DNA from: a plasmid
Sequence record: NZ_CP118102.1
Reading direction: 5' to 3' (one strand)
Length of the DNA: 64,000 bases
Shown: piece after piece, positions 59,301-64,000 of the stretch
How the letters are laid out: the number at the start of each line of letters is the position of its first letter
How positions within the stretch are numbered: the stretch's first letter is position 1
The notes under the pieces: generated by a model
Database searches by the model: none
Told to the model about the DNA's origin: nothing
What the model saw: the letters and a program-made list of their open reading frames with translations, nothing else
Position numbers and translations under genes: made by a program

Positions 59301-61237
59301 CTTGCAGTCACTACACTAAGTTCGTTATCTATATTTACAGTATCAAAATGAGTAATATATCCATTTTTATCAGTAATGGTATATCCTGTTGTTCCTTTGT
59401 TTTGATCCGTTACTTTTGTTAACGTTAGGTATTTACCTGGTGGAGAAATATACTTCTTTGTAGATTGGTCATATTTGAAATAATGAGATGTTCCATCAGG
59501 TTCTGTATAAAGAACATTCCCTGTTTTATAAGCATCATAGATGCTTTCGTACCCGTTATAAACCCATCCATATCCAAAAGGTGTTAATTCTACTGATTTA
59601 GAATTATATGTTCTACCAAATACTAGAGCAGTATCCCCCCGTGAATCTAGATTATAATCTGTATACTGAATAACGTTATTACCAGTGCCCAAGTTGACGT
59701 TGCTAGTTCCTTCTCCCAAACTAATGCCATCAAAAGTCCAATAATCTTCCAATCCTAGACGACTTGCTGAAGTGTAGGTCACACTAAGAAGAGGAGTATT
59801 TTTTGTGTTAGCGGTATCATCACCGGAAATAAATTTTTTATAGGTATTTGTGGTTTCAGATGAACTTTTGAGTAAAAAACCTAAATTCGAATCGGGATTA
59901 TTAATCCACTTTTCCATCATGTACGGTGTGAGAGACCACTTATAATTGACATCCAAAGATGTAAGAGTATCTACATATGCAGTAGAAACTTGGGAGGCAT
60001 TAAAATCTCCGCCTTGAGAATTCCACTGTGTCCCGGCATCAGAGTACATCCATGAAGCTGAATATTCTGTCCATGGTGTGCTTATTGAATGCAAGGTTAC
60101 ATTCATACCAGTGTCATTAGATACTGAAGCCAACCATAAATTTAAATCAGCTGTTAAAACATTTGCTCCTTGAGGAATTGAACTAGTATCAAATCTAATT
60201 AATGAACGAATAATATTATCTTGGGTAGCGTCTTTGTATAAACCTACCCCTAAGGTTGTTTCTGTTGGTGCTGTCTGTTTTGGGAATGCACTTCGAATGT
60301 TTGTATCAGAAAGTGCATATTGGGGCTGATATTTAACTATTGTAGGATCTAAAGTTACTGGATAGACCCTCTTGTCACTGAGCAACCATTCCTGATTGGG
60401 GATCAGGTCTATATACAACTGATTATTTTCAGATCTCAAATCGTACTTAATATCATATGATATAGCTTCTTCTGGTATAGTAGATATTTCTTCGTTCTCT
60501 TTGTATCCATTAGGTTTAAACGAATCATACATAATAGGTGCTTCAATATAATACTTTATATCACCTGACTCTTTATCTAATAAAAGGATTGAGCCATTCT
60601 CTCGTTGCTTGTATGTTAAATTACCTAAATCTAATGAGAAGGTATAGATAACCGGTGTTTCCAGGTTAGCAGGTTTATCTTTTAAAATTATCTCCTCTTT
60701 AATACGATCGTTACCCAAGGAATATTTTAGATCCGCATTCTCAAAAACTTCTGGATAGATTACAGTATTGTTGGAAACTTCCGCATCTATGGCAGTTTCT
60801 ATTTCGGAGTAAGTAGTATTAGTAACCAATTCCTCCTTCATTGGAGTTAAATTTATCTCATAGTTATTTTCTGAAATTTCAAGTAGGTTGTCTTCGGAAG
60901 TGTGTTGTTTATCTAGCTTTACATGAAAAGAGTGGGCGTTATTGTAAATAGATGTATTATTCTCTTTAAGAGTTGGTTTCCATTTCTCTATGTTTTCATC
61001 AAAGTAATGGATCGGTGTTGGAGAGATATCCGTTGTTAATGTACCATTGCTGTTTAGGTATGTTTTTGAATATTCACTTCGTTTTCCTATTAATTCCTGC
61101 CTTTCATTTTTGATATTTACGACATCAGATGTCTTGTTATCTTTAACTTCTGCTATCGCTTTTGGATTAATTGCTGTTGAGGTCAATAATGAACCTGCCA
61201 TTACAAGAATAATGGACTTTTGAAATAACCTATTCAT
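56366..61237 (-). CDS. secreted Rhs/YD-repeat polymorphic toxin (WapA-like) with variable basic C-terminal toxin domain
   Basis: 1623 aa with signal peptide 'MNRLFQKSIILVMAGSLLTSTAINPKAIA'. Dozens of YD repeats ('YTYDANGN', 'YEYDALGN', 'YDYDNNRN' and so on). Rhs core boundary 'RYAGYRYDDETGLYLLSARYYDPDLAVFLTMD'. The last ~170 aa are a distinct Lys/Arg-rich domain. Confidence 0.85.
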   Translation of the reverse strand: MNRLFQKSIILVMAGSLLTSTAINPKAIAEVKDNKTSDVVNIKNERQELIGKRSEYSKTYLNSNGTLTTDISPTPIHYFDENIEKWKPTLKENNTSIYNNAHSFHVKLDKQHTSEDNLLEISENNYEINLTPMKEELVTNTTYSEIETAIDAEVSNNTVIYPEVFENADLKYSLGNDRIKEEIILKDKPANLETPVIYTFSLDLGNLTYKQRENGSILLLDKESGDIKYYIEAPIMYDSFKPNGYKENEEISTIPEEAISYDIKYDLRSENNQLYIDLIPNQEWLLSDKRVYPVTLDPTIVKYQPQYALSDTNIRSAFPKQTAPTETTLGVGLYKDATQDNIIRSLIRFDTSSIPQGANVLTADLNLWLASVSNDTGMNVTLHSISTPWTEYSASWMYSDAGTQWNSQGGDFNASQVSTAYVDTLTSLDVNYKWSLTPYMMEKWINNPDSNLGFLLKSSSETTNTYKKFISGDDTANTKNTPLLSVTYTSASRLGLEDYWTFDGISLGEGTSNVNLGTGNNVIQYTDYNLDSRGDTALVFGRTYNSKSVELTPFGYGWVYNGYESIYDAYKTGNVLYTEPDGTSHYFKYDQSTKKYISPPGKYLTLTKVTDQNKGTTGYTITDKNGYITHFDTVNIDNELSVVTARISYEQDLYGNKLEYKYSTDGKLTGIVDATGRELVFTYTTSGLVDYAMLEGQKTDYNYDINKRLVSVDQYSTDGTYNRTKYGYSPEGYLTTVIDPNNRRTDFTYENEYVAKVQEPSTDVSGVDGLERPGKSYQFAGRTSYVADALGNVTEYHMDSNYTPTSIVYADGTEEQVEYDTNYNPEIFIDSTGKKYIQKYDSYGNVLEKTDEENRTTKYTYNSLNFVSTETDPSGNVITYAYNDKGKVDTITDSKGQVTKHTYDQYGNLKTVDKPDGSMDSYSYNAVGNEVLTTTDGNGNITISVTDKQGNELSKTDGKGNTSYYEYNQQNELVKVTDANKQVTTYDYDNNRNLLRTTYPNGSVEVNTYNGTGQILSSTDALGNTTNNKYDSNGNLIETKTPNGRIFTYVYNELNQLVATKENDNVLYSYTYDPNGNLETINDDEKVIKYTDSGSIDSEIDRGSSKKYLYFENGEVKSLTYSVNAIDSVINYNYDEFDRLTDLYFNNTKIISYGYDTADDLKNITLGNGATTKTEYDKAKNLTGYANYRSDGTAINEYNYTYDQNNLIKSVTASTGTVEYEYNNLSQLISETLTDGTKIEYSYDFTGNRDTKKVTKGSDVTTNELTFNKVNQISTFNGTAFEYDRNGNLVKDNQNVYVYNVFDQLTEIKDTDNVTIFSARYDNNGKRISTETKNKKRNYFYQDDKVIYETDESGNIVIEYIWDESDVPVAFIFEGQTYYYHLNGHGDVVSLTDNSGNIVASYDYDAWGNIISQSGELADVNPYRYAGYRYDDETGLYLLSARYYDPDLAVFLTMDSHSGDSASPINQNKYSYSDNNPVNLVDHDGDNPFSIIQVTFILVKIGVKYYLKKQAPKKLAKQATYTARRVSKSKSKNYNFRNMKFANAHKHHLNEFGAKKLSLGAYSTKANKFFKAKNGRNVLKKSRANGDRLYYNPKTNEFGVLDRKGHIRTYYKPKAGMKYWRNQ

Positions 61238-61706
61238 TTTTCATCTCCTAATTAAAATTATCTCTTCTTCAGAAATATACCAATGAAAGTTATAACTATC
61301 TGAGAAGAAATTGGTAAGCAAAAATCATTATTACAAAAACAAATTTCGATAGCAATGAACAAAAAATACCAAGTGGAAGCTTAACAAAAATCAACCGAAT
61401 TACCACCGCTATTATCTTGCTATTCAAATAGTAATGCACCAATTGCATAGTGTAGGTCATCGTGAGAAACCCAGTAAATATATCCCAAATTATGAAGAGT
61501 CGTGTTTACAACACTTTTGTCCCACTTTATAATAATGTTATTAAGATTTTTGTATTTTTCTTTGCCGCTAATTTTCGGTAAAGACGGTGAACGCTTCTTT
61601 TAAGCTAATAAATATTGGATTGAAATAGGAAGGCTATAAAGCATACGCACTATACGTATGTCTTTGTACGCCTTCTTTTTTTATGTCCAAATAGGAGGAG
61701 ATAGAG

Positions 61707-61994
61707 ATGAGCAATTTGCAAACCGTCATTGAAGACGACGGAATGAAGATGCTTAGAGTATACAGAGCTGGGCAATTGATACTCTGTTTACCTGAAGTAA
61801 ATCGAATTGCGACATTAGAAAATCAGATTAATACGGAAACTTTCGATACGATCGAGGAAGTAGTGGCGTTTATCGGAAGTAGAGAGCAGTGTTGTAGCAG
61901 ATCTTACTCACTGCATCTGATCTTGAGAGCATATGAGTTCGTTAACGAACACTACATCAAGCTTTATTACTACATTCATTCTTCGGGATGTTAG
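61707..61994 (+). CDS. small hypothetical protein
   Basis: 95 aa with an RBS 'ataggaggag'. Overlaps the start of the downstream PP-loop gene. Confidence 0.3.
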   Translation: MSNLQTVIEDDGMKMLRVYRAGQLILCLPEVNRIATLENQINTETFDTIEEVVAFIGSREQCCSRSYSLHLILRAYEFVNEHYIKLYYYIHSSGC

Positions 61995-63883
61995 CAGAGG
62001 GGGATATAAACATGGAAACTTATGAATTAGTCGAAAACACAACAAAGATTGGGATTCAAAATCGGCTGAAGGACTATAACTCTGTGATCTTAGATACCTG
62101 GGATTACCTTGAAGCTGTTGGTTTTTCATTTCATGGGGTCGTTCGAGACTGGACTGCAATTTTTGAGAAGGGTGTATACTTTGCAATCCATCATTTCGTT
62201 AAAGATCGACCCGATTTGGATTGTTTAGCACCGGATAGCGGCTTTTCATGGAAGGATTTATTTCAAGGCGATTCTGTCTCAGGAGCGCTTTTTTTGTTTC
62301 TGGAAAAATCAGGATTTAATTTATGGATGCCTGAACAGGCAGCTATAGACGCTTTGGTTGCTACTACAGTGACGGATGACTCTTACATGTTTGGCAGAAA
62401 CAATTATCCTTCCATGAGTGATTGGAGCTACACGAGTCCAAAGCACAAATTCCAGGTCTACGGATTCCATCGATCCTGCGCTGTACTTATTGAAATTTAC
62501 GCGCTCAATATTCCTCCTTATGGTGCGAGTAAAGACCAGCTACCGTTTCCAGAGGATCGCTGCCAGCCATCTTTCGATATATTTGATCTGGCAACCGGCG
62601 CTTCGCAAAAGCGTACACAGCGAGCGATCGCGGGGGAAACTTTGGATTTCCTTGAGAAAGTAGATGATGAACTATTAGCTGTAACAAGAGCCAAGATCAA
62701 GAAGATCTATGATGAGCACTCTATCATCGGATTATTAAATTCCGGTGGTGTTGATTCAAGGCTTACGCTGCAGCTGATGATAGAGCATGCAATAAAGAAC
62801 CCCGATCCGTCTAAAGGAATCATGGTCATATCAGCTGATACGTTAGTGGAGAACCCAGGCGTTAAACAAATTATTCATGAGCTTCGAGATGCTTTAGGCA
62901 GGGCTTTTCCATGGATTGAGTATCACATCGTTGAACCACGAGAGGATAATACCCTGCTCGTATGCATCATCGGTAAGGGATACCAAGCCCCTTCCGTCTC
63001 CTTCAAATACTGTGTTCGTCGTCTTAAGATTGAGCCGGCGAGAGAGTTCCTTGAGGCAATGTTTTTGGCTGAAGGAGCTGAAGACACGGTGCTGGTGCTT
63101 GGTTCGAGAGACAATGAGAGTGTAATGAGAAAACGCAGCCTTTCGAAGCATTTTGGTGAAGACTTTTATGGGCATCATCCTGTAGGCAATATTCGTACAG
63201 CCTCACCTATTCGAGATTGGACGAAGCAGGAAGTCGTCACGTATTTAGCGTTCAACCGGGGACCATGGAAGAAGGGAGCTCGTAATACAGAGCTTCTAGC
63301 CTTTTATGGCAATGCAGCCGGCAGTGAGTGTCCTCTTGGTGCTGCCGTTGTTAATGACAATGAAGCCATGATGCAGTGCGGTAAGTCGGCAAGAATGGGC
63401 TGTTACCTGTGCACCATATCTCAAGACAAGAGTATGGGAAATCTGATCTCCACTCATCCGGAGTACGAAAAATATTACAAATTCCGTAGAATCCTTAAAG
63501 CGATCGGTCAGGATATTCGATATGGAGGTATCACTGGGGTTCAAAGGATAGGTAAGTCTAAAATCGGAAGTGGTATCGGAGATCTAACGATAGATTGTCG
63601 AACACATCTCCTGCAGACGATGGCCAGACTCGATATTGAGTGGCGCAAGAGTGAGATTATCACCGCGTACCAAATGGTATTAGAACGAGAAATGGTTGAG
63701 GGATTCCCAGTAACGGAGAGGTTCCGTGATGCAATATTTCAGTTGATCGCTGTATCTGGTTCTATGAAGAATTTCTTTGGTCACTCTGTATTCGATCCAT
63801 ACGGAACAGGAGTTGACCAAGTTACAGAGGAAGACAACGAAGCTATAAAGAGAATACTTGAAAAGAGAAGAAATATGATCTGA
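61988..63883 (+). CDS. PP-loop ATP-pyrophosphatase of the PAPS-reductase/DndC-like family with N-terminal extension
   Basis: 631 aa. PP-loop 'IIGLLNSGGVDSRLT', 'VLVLGSRDNESVMRKR' and Cys cluster 'ECPLGAAV...CGKSARMGCYLCT', which resembles the DndC Fe-S region. The ~230-aa N-terminal domain has no similarity I recognise. Confidence 0.5.
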   Translation: MLAEGDINMETYELVENTTKIGIQNRLKDYNSVILDTWDYLEAVGFSFHGVVRDWTAIFEKGVYFAIHHFVKDRPDLDCLAPDSGFSWKDLFQGDSVSGALFLFLEKSGFNLWMPEQAAIDALVATTVTDDSYMFGRNNYPSMSDWSYTSPKHKFQVYGFHRSCAVLIEIYALNIPPYGASKDQLPFPEDRCQPSFDIFDLATGASQKRTQRAIAGETLDFLEKVDDELLAVTRAKIKKIYDEHSIIGLLNSGGVDSRLTLQLMIEHAIKNPDPSKGIMVISADTLVENPGVKQIIHELRDALGRAFPWIEYHIVEPREDNTLLVCIIGKGYQAPSVSFKYCVRRLKIEPAREFLEAMFLAEGAEDTVLVLGSRDNESVMRKRSLSKHFGEDFYGHHPVGNIRTASPIRDWTKQEVVTYLAFNRGPWKKGARNTELLAFYGNAAGSECPLGAAVVNDNEAMMQCGKSARMGCYLCTISQDKSMGNLISTHPEYEKYYKFRRILKAIGQDIRYGGITGVQRIGKSKIGSGIGDLTIDCRTHLLQTMARLDIEWRKSEIITAYQMVLEREMVEGFPVTERFRDAIFQLIAVSGSMKNFFGHSVFDPYGTGVDQVTEEDNEAIKRILEKRRNMI

Positions 63884-64000
63884 TGGGTACATGTATGTGT
63901 CTATCGCTTGTTCAGCGTCCTGGCGGACGGTAATAAAAACACCTCCGCCTTGCGCGGAGGAGCATGGAGGTAAAAATATGTCCCAACAATCAGTTATGTC

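Noticed and set aside
62418-63544. Multiple 60-94-aa ORFs on both strands within 62.4-63.5 kb
   Set aside because: All lie inside the 631-aa PP-loop gene, which has conserved motifs. They are shadow ORFs.

Overview
This is a low-GC, Firmicutes-type (Bacillaceae-like) accessory region, almost certainly part of a conjugative plasmid or integrative element. From the sequence I read four blocks.

(1) 1-16.8 kb, minus strand: a c-di-GMP pair (a GGDEF cyclase next to an HD-GYP-like phosphodiesterase) followed by a Tad/Flp-like pilus-assembly operon. The operon holds a TadZ/CpaE-like gene with an atypical receiver domain, a CpaB-like gene, two degenerate ParA-like pseudo-ATPases, a CpaF/TadA ATPase, a fused TadB/C membrane protein and four N-terminally anchored pilin-like proteins. 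It ends in a secreted protein with copper-amine-oxidase N-terminal domains and a 1107-aa secreted adhesin-like protein carrying a short collagen-like tract.

(2) 16.8-37.8 kb: a Gram-positive conjugation module in ICEBs1/Tn916/pCW3 gene order. It includes two replication-relaxation-family proteins, a VirD4/TraG-like coupling protein, ConB/C/D-like proteins, a VirB4-like ATPase, a VirB6/TcpH-like polytopic protein and a CwlT-like bifunctional M23-peptidase/glucosaminidase. A tubulin/FtsZ-like TubZ-type gene preceded by a small TubR-like gene is flanked by palindromic GTTACGTAAC repeats (partition system). An iteron-rich intergenic region sits upstream of a MerR-like coiled-coil protein.

(3) 37.8-44 kb: RadC and a run of uncharacterised small operons, including a toxin/zinc-finger-antitoxin-like pair.

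(4) 44-64 kb: a defence and competition island.
- A Gabija system whose GajA is interrupted by a frameshift in an A-tract, with an intact GajB UvrD-like helicase.
- A CoiA-like protein inside the same cassette; the cassette is bracketed by a ~43-bp near-identical terminator-like direct repeat.
- A block of four unknown genes, one XF1762-like.
- A Dam-type N6-adenine methyltransferase and a long cytosine-5 methyltransferase with three tandem TRD-like repeats (multispecific-like).
- An IS256-family transposase remnant.
- A 1623-aa secreted Rhs/YD-repeat (WapA-like) toxin with a basic C-terminal toxin domain and an adjacent small zinc-ribbon immunity candidate.
- At the window edge, a PP-loop (SGGVDS) PAPS-reductase/DndC-like protein with a 230-aa N-terminal extension.

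No rRNA, tRNA or CRISPR arrays were seen.
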